A stretch of DNA of 64,000 bases, from the sequence record MG592671.1. One strand, written 5' to 3'. Below the pieces are notes generated by a model that was not told the DNA's origin, ran no database searches, and saw nothing but the letters and a program-made list of their open reading frames with translations. The first letter of the stretch is position 1. The number at the start of each line of letters is the position of its first letter. Position numbers and translations under genes: made by a program. Positions 49,934 to 58,408 of the stretch are shown piece by piece.

Positions 49934-49967
49934 AGCGGACCGTAACCCCGCTATATAAATTCAGGAG
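49934..49967 (+). ncRNA. preQ1-I riboswitch-like element (variant) overlapping the queC RBS
   Basis: Stem AGCGG/CCGCT, 9-nt loop ACCGTAACC, A-rich tail ATATAAATTCAGGAG ending in the RBS. Confidence 0.5.
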
Positions 49968-49974
49968 AAAATAA

Positions 49975-50736
49975 ATGAACTTAAAAGAAGCACTTGCTAT
50001 ATTACCAGAAACAAAAAATAATGTTGTATCTGTATTGTCTGGTGGTTTAGACAGCACTATCATGACTTATGTACTTGTCCATAAGTATGGAGCTAGTAAC
50101 GTCTTTGCACTATCATATAACTATGGGCAAAAGCAATCACTTGAGCTAAAGAAAGCTGAAGAAACATGTAACGCTTTGGGAATCCAGCATAAAATCATAG
50201 ATATTGGTTTTTTGGGCGACATTGTATCACCCGTTTGCGCAAACATTGCCACATCTGATGTAGCTATGCCAACCATCCATGAAGTATTAGGTGACCCTCA
50301 ACCACCATCATACGTTCCATACCGAAACTTAATTCTCAATAGTACAGCAATGGCATTTGCTGAAACTAACAACGCATCGTATATTTTTACAGGGTTGCAA
50401 GTTCATGATGAGTACGGCTATTGGGATACATCGCAAAAATTTGTTGATTCATTAAATGCAGTGTCATCATTAAATCGTATGCATAAAATTGAAGTTCGCG
50501 CTCCATTTTCAATGCTATCTAAATATGAGGAAATTAATATTGCTACTGAGTTAGGTAATGTGGATTTTACTAAAACATTAACATGTTATGATCCAAACAA
50601 CTTAGGACATTCATGTGGAGTTTGTCCTAGTTGCTCTGAGCGTATTAAAAACTTTATGCTATCTGGGATTGCTGATCCAATCAATTACTCGATTGATATT
50701 GATTGGGACAGTGGTATCAAACAACATAAAAAATAA
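49975..50736 (+). CDS. queC: 7-cyano-7-deazaguanine synthase
   Basis: VLSGGLDST, SYVPYRNLI, TCY...CGVCPSCSER. Confidence 0.95.
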   Translation: MNLKEALAILPETKNNVVSVLSGGLDSTIMTYVLVHKYGASNVFALSYNYGQKQSLELKKAEETCNALGIQHKIIDIGFLGDIVSPVCANIATSDVAMPTIHEVLGDPQPPSYVPYRNLILNSTAMAFAETNNASYIFTGLQVHDEYGYWDTSQKFVDSLNAVSSLNRMHKIEVRAPFSMLSKYEEINIATELGNVDFTKTLTCYDPNNLGHSCGVCPSCSERIKNFMLSGIADPINYSIDIDWDSGIKQHKK

Positions 50737-50768
50737 AGAATATTTCTAGGCATAAAAAGGAGACTACA

Positions 50769-51383
50769 ATGTGTGGTATATTTGCTTCTAAATCAAAAGA
50801 AAAATTTATTGAGTTAATGGAACTGAATGCGTATAGAGGAACGTTTTCTCATAGTATTGCTTGTGTTGATTTAACAACATCCAGCATTGTAGATCTTATT
50901 AAAAATGTTGGTCCGTTAGATGTCAACTCCATTCCTAATATTCCTAATGTTTACTATATAGGCCATGTGCAGGCACCGACAACGCAGGATGGGATGTGTG
51001 ACGCAAATATACATCCTGCGGTTGAAAACAACACATATATGTGGCATAATGGCATCATAAAAGAGAAATGTATTAGCGAGCTACAAAAAGAAACAGGTAT
51101 AGATAGTAATTGGGATACGCTATTACTACTGTCTTATATCAATAATAATCACAGTTTATCAGAAGTTGATGGAACGTTTGCATGTGTTGTAATCGACAAA
51201 AGTATTAAAATTTTCAGGAATGCAATATCCCCAATGTTTATTGATGATGAGCTCAACCTAAGCTCAGTTAGATTCAAAAACGCAAAACCACTAACACCTA
51301 ATGTTATACACAATATTATTGATAATACCATTGTTGAAACGGATAATCACTTCGTAACTAAAAACAACCCATATAATCTATAA
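50769..51383 (+). CDS. Class II (Ntn) glutamine amidotransferase, stand-alone
   Basis: N-terminal MCGI, NAYRG, GHVQAPT, WHNGII, WDT, DGTFA. Confidence 0.85.
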   Translation: MCGIFASKSKEKFIELMELNAYRGTFSHSIACVDLTTSSIVDLIKNVGPLDVNSIPNIPNVYYIGHVQAPTTQDGMCDANIHPAVENNTYMWHNGIIKEKCISELQKETGIDSNWDTLLLLSYINNNHSLSEVDGTFACVVIDKSIKIFRNAISPMFIDDELNLSSVRFKNAKPLTPNVIHNIIDNTIVETDNHFVTKNNPYNL

Positions 51384-51392
51384 TATCAAGCT

Positions 51393-51425
51393 ATGCGGTA
51401 AGTAATCCCGCATTAAAAAAACTAC
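51393..51425 (+). ncRNA. preQ1-I riboswitch-like aptamer upstream of folE
   Basis: Stem ATGCGG/CCGCAT, loop TAAGTAATC (U first, C last), tail TAAAAAAACTAC as in class I preQ1 aptamers. Confidence 0.65.
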
Positions 51426-51464
51426 ATCCAAAACATATTTTGGATCAAACAAGGAAAAATAAAA

Positions 51465-52331
51465 ATGTGCGATAATCATAAAAGTCAAGATGTACAATTA
51501 ATGGAAAATATTCTCAACGCGCTAGATGGTATCAATCTATCCGCAGCAGTGCAAGACGTATCGTCGTTAACTCCAGGAAATCTAGAAGACGAAAGATTAT
51601 TCATGGAAAAAATGATTAGCATTCTCGATAATGAATCTAAAAAAGCAACTCATGAACGAATTCGAGAGCGCATTCTAGAAGCTGATGCTAAGTTCCATGC
51701 TAATTCTAATATTGCAGAATTTATTAATGATGGTGAAATTGATGAGCTTATTGATGAATGTACTGTAGCATTTGAGAAAGTATTAGATTGTTTGATTATT
51801 GATAGAGAAAATGACCCTAACTCGATGGATACTCCACGACGTTTAGCTAAGATGTACATCTTAGAAACAATGAGCGGTCGATTTACTCCAGCACCTAAAG
51901 TAACAGCATTCCCTAACACGCATACAAACCGATCAGCCGGCTTTAGCGGCCTGTTAGTGGTTAAGACTGAAATCATCTCAATGTGTTCTCATCACCACCA
52001 GCCAGTAAAAGGCACAGTATACACTGGCATCATTCCAGGCGAAACAGTTTTAGGTTTATCAAAATATAGTCGAATTGCGCAGCACTTAGCAAAAAGAGGC
52101 ACGTTACAAGAAGAACTAGCAGAGGATATTGCTCAGAAAGTTATGGAAGAAACTGATTCTCCATCAGTTGCTGTCTATATCGAAGCCACTCATGGTTGTG
52201 TGACACACCGCGGTGTTATGGCGCACGACTCCACTACTCAAACAACAGTAGTACATGGTGAATTTATGTCAGATGGAACTCTTAGAAAGGAATTCCACGA
52301 CAATATCATGTATCAAAAATTAAACAAATAA
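51465..52331 (+). CDS. folE: GTP cyclohydrolase I
   Basis: DTPRRLAKMY, SMCSHHHQP, GLSKYSRI, LQEEL, HGCVTHRGV. Confidence 0.95.
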   Translation: MCDNHKSQDVQLMENILNALDGINLSAAVQDVSSLTPGNLEDERLFMEKMISILDNESKKATHERIRERILEADAKFHANSNIAEFINDGEIDELIDECTVAFEKVLDCLIIDRENDPNSMDTPRRLAKMYILETMSGRFTPAPKVTAFPNTHTNRSAGFSGLLVVKTEIISMCSHHHQPVKGTVYTGIIPGETVLGLSKYSRIAQHLAKRGTLQEELAEDIAQKVMEETDSPSVAVYIEATHGCVTHRGVMAHDSTTQTTVVHGEFMSDGTLRKEFHDNIMYQKLNK

Positions 52332-52334
52332 TTC

Positions 52335-52360
52335 AAAAGCAGCCGAAGCTGCTTTTCTTT
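52335..52360 (+). terminator. Terminator after folE
   Basis: AAAAGCAGC-CGAA-GCTGCTTTTCTTT. Confidence 0.8.
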
Positions 52361-52375
52361 CCCTAGGAGAAAAAT

Positions 52376-53083
52376 ATGTCAACTATCCCAACGTTTATTT
52401 CAGTAATTTTAGATGAAACTGGCTCAATGCGAGGTCAAGAGAAGAACGTGATTGACTCAACAAATGAATACATCACAGGTCACCGTGAAATTCCCGAGTG
52501 TTACTTCAACCTACTAAAGTTTGATGCTTACAATACATGGGTTGCACCAACATTTAATAACCTAAATGAAGCTTTTGACTCCAAGCCAGAACTAGACGTT
52601 CGTGTTCTTTGTGAAAAACAAGCCATCAAAGATGTTGATCTTCTCACAGAACAAGATTATAACCCACGTGGTATGACTAATCTATATGATGCTGTTGGTA
52701 CTGCTGTTACTCAGCTAGAAACACAGGTTGCTAATCTGAAAGAGTCAAATGTTATCTTGGTTATTAATACTGATGGTCAAGAGAACGCTTCAAAAGAGTA
52801 CACTGCTGAGACTATCAAAACTCTTCTAAAAGATAAGCAAGAGAATCATAACTGGCAAGTTATCTTCTTAGGTGCTGATCTAAGTAAAGCTCAATCTTCA
52901 CAGATGTCTGCTTCGATGGGAATTAGTAGTGACATGACATTTAGTTATTCTAAGTGCGCAACACGTTCAGTACATTCAGACTTAACAGCCGCATCAACTT
53001 TATATGCATCAGCAGCAAGTTCTGGCTCAATGTCTAACAATGATATCAAAGCCGCATTCACTAGTATGGACAAGTACAAGTAG
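52376..53083 (+). CDS. von Willebrand factor A domain protein
   Basis: MIDAS ILDETGSM, GMTNLYDAVG, INTDGQENAS, FLGA. Confidence 0.88.
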   Translation: MSTIPTFISVILDETGSMRGQEKNVIDSTNEYITGHREIPECYFNLLKFDAYNTWVAPTFNNLNEAFDSKPELDVRVLCEKQAIKDVDLLTEQDYNPRGMTNLYDAVGTAVTQLETQVANLKESNVILVINTDGQENASKEYTAETIKTLLKDKQENHNWQVIFLGADLSKAQSSQMSASMGISSDMTFSYSKCATRSVHSDLTAASTLYASAASSGSMSNNDIKAAFTSMDKYK

Positions 53084-53084
53084 C

Positions 53085-53420
53085 ATGCCTAACGATAATT
53101 TATTCCGACGGTGGAAAGGGGACTCAACAAGATCCCCTAATCTACAAAAACCTAAAAAAATGGACCTAGATAAAGCATACGATATGGTAGTTGCAGTATT
53201 ATCTGATAAAGAGCGAGTTTACGCAGAGGTTATTGCAGCGAAGCTCAATATTGAACGACATGTAGTAAAGCAAGTGTTCCACAAGTTAAACCTAGAAGGT
53301 AAAATGTCTAAAGCTCAAAAGTGGGGCGGTTGGAGAATGCACACTAGATATGACATGCACGGGGACGATCCAGTGCAATGGGAAGCTAATTGGTATAACG
53401 TTTATACGGATAAGTTCTAG
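53085..53420 (+). CDS. Winged-helix-like DNA-binding protein
   Basis: Start moved to ATG 53085; VYAEVIAAKLNIERHVVKQVFHKLNLEG resembles an HTH. Confidence 0.5.
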   Translation: MPNDNLFRRWKGDSTRSPNLQKPKKMDLDKAYDMVVAVLSDKERVYAEVIAAKLNIERHVVKQVFHKLNLEGKMSKAQKWGGWRMHTRYDMHGDDPVQWEANWYNVYTDKF

Positions 53421-53488
53421 TTAAATGTTATAATAAGTTATACAAAACAGACAGAGTTAGCTCTGTCTTTAATAATATAAGGAACATT

Positions 53489-53794
53489 ATGGGAGTAAGT
53501 TTTTACTCATGTAGTGCTTGTAATGAAGCAGTATATGAAGAATATATTAGATCATGTGAATGTTGTCAAGAAGAGATATGCTCAGATTGTGCAGGGTCAA
53601 GTAGTCAATATGGTGATGATGATCTTATGAATGATGATTATGAGTGGCTAGAACATAATTGCCCGTATTGTAATGGCACTGTGATAACTGACGCTGAGAT
53701 TATCAACTACTTATTTAATCACCAAATTGATCGAGATCGAGAAGAAGTAATGGAAGAATTCCATATCCATAGAACATTGGAGAAAGGTAAATGA
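53489..53794 (+). CDS. Cys-rich (zinc-binding) small protein
   Basis: CSAC, CECC, CSDC, CPYC. Confidence 0.65.
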   Translation: MGVSFYSCSACNEAVYEEYIRSCECCQEEICSDCAGSSSQYGDDDLMNDDYEWLEHNCPYCNGTVITDAEIINYLFNHQIDRDREEVMEEFHIHRTLEKGK

Positions 53795-54690
53795 TTAGGG
53801 AAAAACAATATCGCTATAGTGAGATTTTCGGAGAAACCTTTCAAGGAGAGGGGAATCACACCGGGAAGAATACTTTGTGGCTAAGATGGTTTGGATGTAA
53901 CAAAACCTGCTATCTCTTTGGTCAAGATAAAGAGAATCCCGTTCCTAAAAAAGAAATGTATTACGAAACTATTGATATCACTAATATAACTGATATTCAA
54001 CAGCTACCTATACAAAATATGGGATGTGACAGCTATCATAGTTGGCACCCACGATACCGTCATTTAGCACACAAAGACACAGCCAAAGACTTAGCGCAAA
54101 AGTTAATAGATCTTAATAAGAACGAACATAACCCAGAAGGGCTTTTTATTCATCCTAAATCAGGACAAGATATCCATTTATGCTTTACTGGCGGTGAATC
54201 AATGATGGCTCAAGATGGCATTATTGATGTGCTAAACGCGTTGATTTCCGTTGGTAATTATCCTAAAAATGTAACTATTGAATCTAATGGAACAGTTAAT
54301 CTAAGATCTCATCAAGACTGGACTAACATGTTTAATCAAGACATTACTTTATTTTGGAGCATTTCACCTAAATTAGAATCAGTTAGCGGAGAAGCTTGGG
54401 ATAAATCAATATGCCCGGATACGCTATACGGTTACAAGCAGATTGTTGATAACGGACAGTTGAAATTTGTTTGTGATAATTCAGATGAATCTTGGGAAGA
54501 GATTGAAAAAGCTATTCTTGAATACCAGCAACGTGGGGTTACTTGGCCAATCTGGATTATGCCAGAGGGCGCAGAGCAGTCAGCACAATCAAGACATGAT
54601 GCAGATATTGCAGTAGAAGCAGTCAAGCGCGGATATTACTTTGCATCAAGAGTACATGCTACTGTATTTGGTGCGGTCGCTGGTAAGTAA
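53791..54690 (+). CDS. queE: 7-carboxy-7-deazaguanine synthase (radical SAM)
   Basis: ETFQGEG, RWFGCNKTC...CDSYHSW, CFTGGES, TIESNG, ISPKL, RVHA. Confidence 0.92.
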   Translation: MIREKQYRYSEIFGETFQGEGNHTGKNTLWLRWFGCNKTCYLFGQDKENPVPKKEMYYETIDITNITDIQQLPIQNMGCDSYHSWHPRYRHLAHKDTAKDLAQKLIDLNKNEHNPEGLFIHPKSGQDIHLCFTGGESMMAQDGIIDVLNALISVGNYPKNVTIESNGTVNLRSHQDWTNMFNQDITLFWSISPKLESVSGEAWDKSICPDTLYGYKQIVDNGQLKFVCDNSDESWEEIEKAILEYQQRGVTWPIWIMPEGAEQSAQSRHDADIAVEAVKRGYYFASRVHATVFGAVAGK

Positions 54691-54694
54691 TACT

Positions 54695-54718
54695 AAGGAG
54701 CCTTGGGCTCCTTTTTTT
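54695..54718 (+). terminator. Terminator after queE
   Basis: AAGGAGCC-TTG-GGCTCCTTTTTTT. Confidence 0.85.
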
Positions 54719-54756
54719 GTCTATAAATATTCGTATACTTTTCTGAGGATATAGTT

Positions 54757-55887
54757 ATGACTAGACTTACAAGATCAAATGGAGTTTTCTATTCGAATAT
54801 TCCAGAAAGGGTTGTGTTGGGCCCTAATACAAATAACAAAACAATAACCCCGATTAACCTAATCGGGCAGCAGCACATCTCTTACGGCAAAGCGCAAAAT
54901 GAAAATTACGTGTGGTTAGTTGAAAATTTCGCAAGTTCAACCTCTCCAGATCATATTTTAGGACAAACGTGGTATAAGCCTTCAACAAGTAACACTGGTG
55001 AATTACTCATCGCGCCTAACGATAATATCGGAACATCTGACTGGTTAACCGTACCTGTAATATCGCTCGTGCAAGCAGAGCCTGCTATAAGTGATTCTAT
55101 GCCAGGTCGTATGATTATACAAAATAATAATTCGTTAAAGATGCTCATTAATGGATCATGGAGAACTATCCCGACTAGAGTGTCAGGAGAACAATACACA
55201 GAAAGACTATTAACTATTAGATACGATCCTGAATTATATGCAGAAGGGGAAATAGTTGAAATTAATGACCCTGAATTCAATGGCACTGGTAAACCCACTT
55301 TACTTGTGAACTCAATTAGACACAATGCAAGTTGGAGCAACGTGGCTAGGTTTAACGAAGGTGGGGCGTTTACTTCGTTACTGGATGTTCCAAACGGCCT
55401 AACTGTATCAGGAACTGACGCATTGAGATTTGGCGGTAATTATTTTTGGAATGCTGAGGTCCAAGCAAAAGATGTTAGAGATCCTAGTAAGCAAAAATCA
55501 TGGGAATTGAGTGGTATATTCAATGTTGACTCATCAACAACACAAGTTTCTAATTTACCAACTGACTCATCTAGATACGTCAAGCCTGATCCAAGAATAG
55601 TAAGCGGAACATTAACCAATACTACAGTTATTTTTGATATTGTTAAAACTGTTGAATTAGAAGACGAAGGCACTGAAGATTGGGATGTTAGAGTTATAGC
55701 GGAAACTGAGTTTCCACTATTATCTGATATAACAGATCTTAGCTCTGGAAATATAGATGTTGAGCGTTATATAACGAATGGCGACTTATACGGTATAATG
55801 TTTCAAGGAACCACTAATGAAAGTGCTAATCTTCAATGGTCTATTGCGTTCACAGTGCAAGGAACCCCGAACACGACAATAGCGTAA
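54757..55887 (+). CDS. Late virion structural protein (tail fibre/baseplate-related)
   Basis: LIGQQHISYGKAQNENYVWLVENFAS...GQTWY N-term; TATAAATA at 54722. Confidence 0.6.
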   Translation: MTRLTRSNGVFYSNIPERVVLGPNTNNKTITPINLIGQQHISYGKAQNENYVWLVENFASSTSPDHILGQTWYKPSTSNTGELLIAPNDNIGTSDWLTVPVISLVQAEPAISDSMPGRMIIQNNNSLKMLINGSWRTIPTRVSGEQYTERLLTIRYDPELYAEGEIVEINDPEFNGTGKPTLLVNSIRHNASWSNVARFNEGGAFTSLLDVPNGLTVSGTDALRFGGNYFWNAEVQAKDVRDPSKQKSWELSGIFNVDSSTTQVSNLPTDSSRYVKPDPRIVSGTLTNTTVIFDIVKTVELEDEGTEDWDVRVIAETEFPLLSDITDLSSGNIDVERYITNGDLYGIMFQGTTNESANLQWSIAFTVQGTPNTTIA

Positions 55888-55949
55888 ACACTCATGCAAA
55901 ATGTGTTATATTAATGTACAAATTAATTTAATAGCATTGAGAGTTTATT

Positions 55950-56834
55950 ATGAAAAAATTGTTTATTATAGCCAGCGTTGTTGCTGGCTCTCTTGCCTTA
56001 GTAGGTTGTGGGCAGTCTGAGTCTGAAAAGCAGGCTGAGCATAAGCGACAGATGGAATGTCTTGACATGGGCTACGATAAACACTGTAATGTTATTCGTG
56101 ACCGAGTTAGAGTGCAACCAGTGCGAGCGCCTCAGTTTAACAATATTGAAATTGAGTACGATTACGGAAATGTACATTACGGCCCAGCCATGCCAGGCTC
56201 GTATGTCAATTATTATGGCGATACGCGTTACGGGTATTGGGATATTTTCGGCAACTTTAAATTTTACGACCCGTATAGTACATATGCCACTAATACAAAT
56301 AGTTTCTTACTTGGTGCTGGACTTGGTGGCCTAGTTGCCTACAAGATGAGTAAAACGGATTGGACATCAAAGAACCCGAATGGTTGGACATCAAAGTCTC
56401 GTAAGCTTGAAAAGCCGCGTGATAAAAACGGAAAAGTTATCACAGTCGCAGAAGCGAAAAAACGTGCAGAACAGTCTAAGCGCGATAAAGCTGCTCACGC
56501 TAAGAAGCTAAAAGCGAAAAAAGCTGCTAAGACTAAAGAGCTAAAAGCTAAACAGGCTAAAACTAATGCCAAGAAAGCTGCCAAGAAACCAACAGTTTCA
56601 GAAACTGCTAAGAAAAAGGCAGAATTGAAAAAGAAATTAGCAGATAGACAAGCCGCTAAAACTAACGGCAAGGGCAATAATAAGCTAGGCGGGCAGAAAG
56701 CTGCTGAGAGAAAAATTCAACAAAAAAATCTCTCTGCAACTAAGACTCAACCACGCAGTAAAAAAACAGTTAGTCAGCAAAAACAGTTTAAGGCTAAGTC
56801 TACTTCATCATATAAGTCTAAGAAACAGTACTAA
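55950..56834 (+). CDS. Lipoprotein with Lys/Ala-rich C-terminal half
   Basis: Signal peptide with lipobox LVG|C; C-terminal half dominated by K and A. Confidence 0.75.
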   Translation: MKKLFIIASVVAGSLALVGCGQSESEKQAEHKRQMECLDMGYDKHCNVIRDRVRVQPVRAPQFNNIEIEYDYGNVHYGPAMPGSYVNYYGDTRYGYWDIFGNFKFYDPYSTYATNTNSFLLGAGLGGLVAYKMSKTDWTSKNPNGWTSKSRKLEKPRDKNGKVITVAEAKKRAEQSKRDKAAHAKKLKAKKAAKTKELKAKQAKTNAKKAAKKPTVSETAKKKAELKKKLADRQAAKTNGKGNNKLGGQKAAERKIQQKNLSATKTQPRSKKTVSQQKQFKAKSTSSYKSKKQY

Positions 56835-56896
56835 TCTATCGCCAATATACTAGTATATTGGCTCATTAACAATTAACCTTTAGACAGGAATATACA

Positions 56897-58243
56897 ATGT
56901 CAGACCAGAACCATGAAGTTCAAGTTGTTGCTCTAAAAGCAGTTCGACCACACACCAACGCCGACCGCCTACAATTGGCTACTATCTTTGGTAACCAGAT
57001 TGTTGTTGGCTTAGATCATAAAGATGGCGATCTAGGTATCTACTTCAACTGTGATCTACAGCTATCAGAAGAGTTTGCAAAAGCAAACGATCTTGTGAAG
57101 CGAAAAGATGACGAAGGTAATCCAGCTGGCGGTATGTTTGAAGAAAACCGTCGTGTGAAATGTCAAAAACTCCGAGGAGAAAAATCAGATGGATTTTTTA
57201 TACCACTTAGTTCTCTTGAGTTTGCTGGTAGTACCGCTAAGTTGAAAGTTGGTGACTCATTTAGCGAGTTCAACGGAACTCCAATTTGTTACAAATACGT
57301 ATCAAAACTATCTAAGTCGTGTGGTAAAGGTGGTCTTGGTAAGCATCAAGCAGGCCGTAAAAACTGTATGTTCAACGAACACAAGAGCACGTCTCATGCT
57401 GGTCGTAACATGCACCAGATCATTGATACTAATGCTCGCATTGTTATCACTGAAAAGCTACACGGGACATCACAACGTTACGGTCGTGTTCTAGTTGAGC
57501 GTGAACTAACTTGGTTAGAAAAGCAAGCGCAAAAGTTCCTGTCTAAGTACATCAAAGTACAAGACACTATGTGGGGCTACATGAACGGCACACGTCGTGT
57601 TGTTATCCGCAATGTGCATGAGAATGGCAACGCTCCTCATCAACCACAACTGCGTGATATGGCAGTAGAACCATTCAAAGATAATCTACACAAAGGTGAA
57701 GTAATTTACTTTGAGGTTGTTGGTTTTACTCCAGAAGGCAAGCCTATCATGCCTAGTGTAGACACTAAGAAAATGCGTGACAAGGCATTCACTAAGCAGT
57801 TCGCTAATGTTGGTGATAAGCGCACAATGCAGTACTCATACGGCTGTGAAGAAAAGCAACACGATGTTTACGTGTACCGTATTACTCAAGTTAATGAGTC
57901 AGGTAAAGAGTTCGAGCTGTCTTGGGATCACGTTAAAAAGCGTTGTGACGAGTTAGGCGTGAAGTACACTCCTGAAGTGTTTGCTGGATCAGTAGAAGAA
58001 CTTATCAGAACTACACTAATAGACGATTGTGAAGATGAAGTTTCTGAAGAAAATTTACTTCGCTCTTTAGATAACATGTCTGAAGGTGAAAGCATCGTTG
58101 ATCCATCACATGTTCGTGAAGGTATTTGTATTCGATTAGATGGTTCTGAGTGGGTTGTGTTTAAGCACAAGTCATTCACATTTAAGACTCTAGAATCAAT
58201 TGAAAAAGATTCCGGTGTTGAGAATATGGAAGATCAGTCGTAA
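56897..58243 (+). CDS. ATP-dependent RNA ligase (DRB0094/Rnl-like with N-terminal OB-like domain)
   Basis: HTNADRLQLA N-term; motif I ITEKLHGTS; YFEVVG; REGICIR; FKHKS. Confidence 0.85.
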   Translation: MSDQNHEVQVVALKAVRPHTNADRLQLATIFGNQIVVGLDHKDGDLGIYFNCDLQLSEEFAKANDLVKRKDDEGNPAGGMFEENRRVKCQKLRGEKSDGFFIPLSSLEFAGSTAKLKVGDSFSEFNGTPICYKYVSKLSKSCGKGGLGKHQAGRKNCMFNEHKSTSHAGRNMHQIIDTNARIVITEKLHGTSQRYGRVLVERELTWLEKQAQKFLSKYIKVQDTMWGYMNGTRRVVIRNVHENGNAPHQPQLRDMAVEPFKDNLHKGEVIYFEVVGFTPEGKPIMPSVDTKKMRDKAFTKQFANVGDKRTMQYSYGCEEKQHDVYVYRITQVNESGKEFELSWDHVKKRCDELGVKYTPEVFAGSVEELIRTTLIDDCEDEVSEENLLRSLDNMSEGESIVDPSHVREGICIRLDGSEWVVFKHKSFTFKTLESIEKDSGVENMEDQS

Positions 58244-58288
58244 GATCTATGGTGCTGCTTAGGCAGCACTTATTAACAAGAGGTGAGT

Positions 58289-58408
58289 ATGCAAAGTAAT
58301 CTAAACTGTGAATGTTGTGCATCTGTAATGCAGACCGACTTTAGTGGTAACGTTTGGTGCACTATTGTTAAAACGGCAGTAACTGTTAAAGGTACGCTAG
58401 ATGAATAA
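58289..58408 (+). CDS. 39-aa Cys-containing small protein (below ORF-track cutoff)
   Basis: GAGGTG RBS; MQSNLNCECCASVMQTDFSGNVWCTIVKTAVTVKGTLDE; overlaps next start. Confidence 0.5.
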   Translation: MQSNLNCECCASVMQTDFSGNVWCTIVKTAVTVKGTLDE

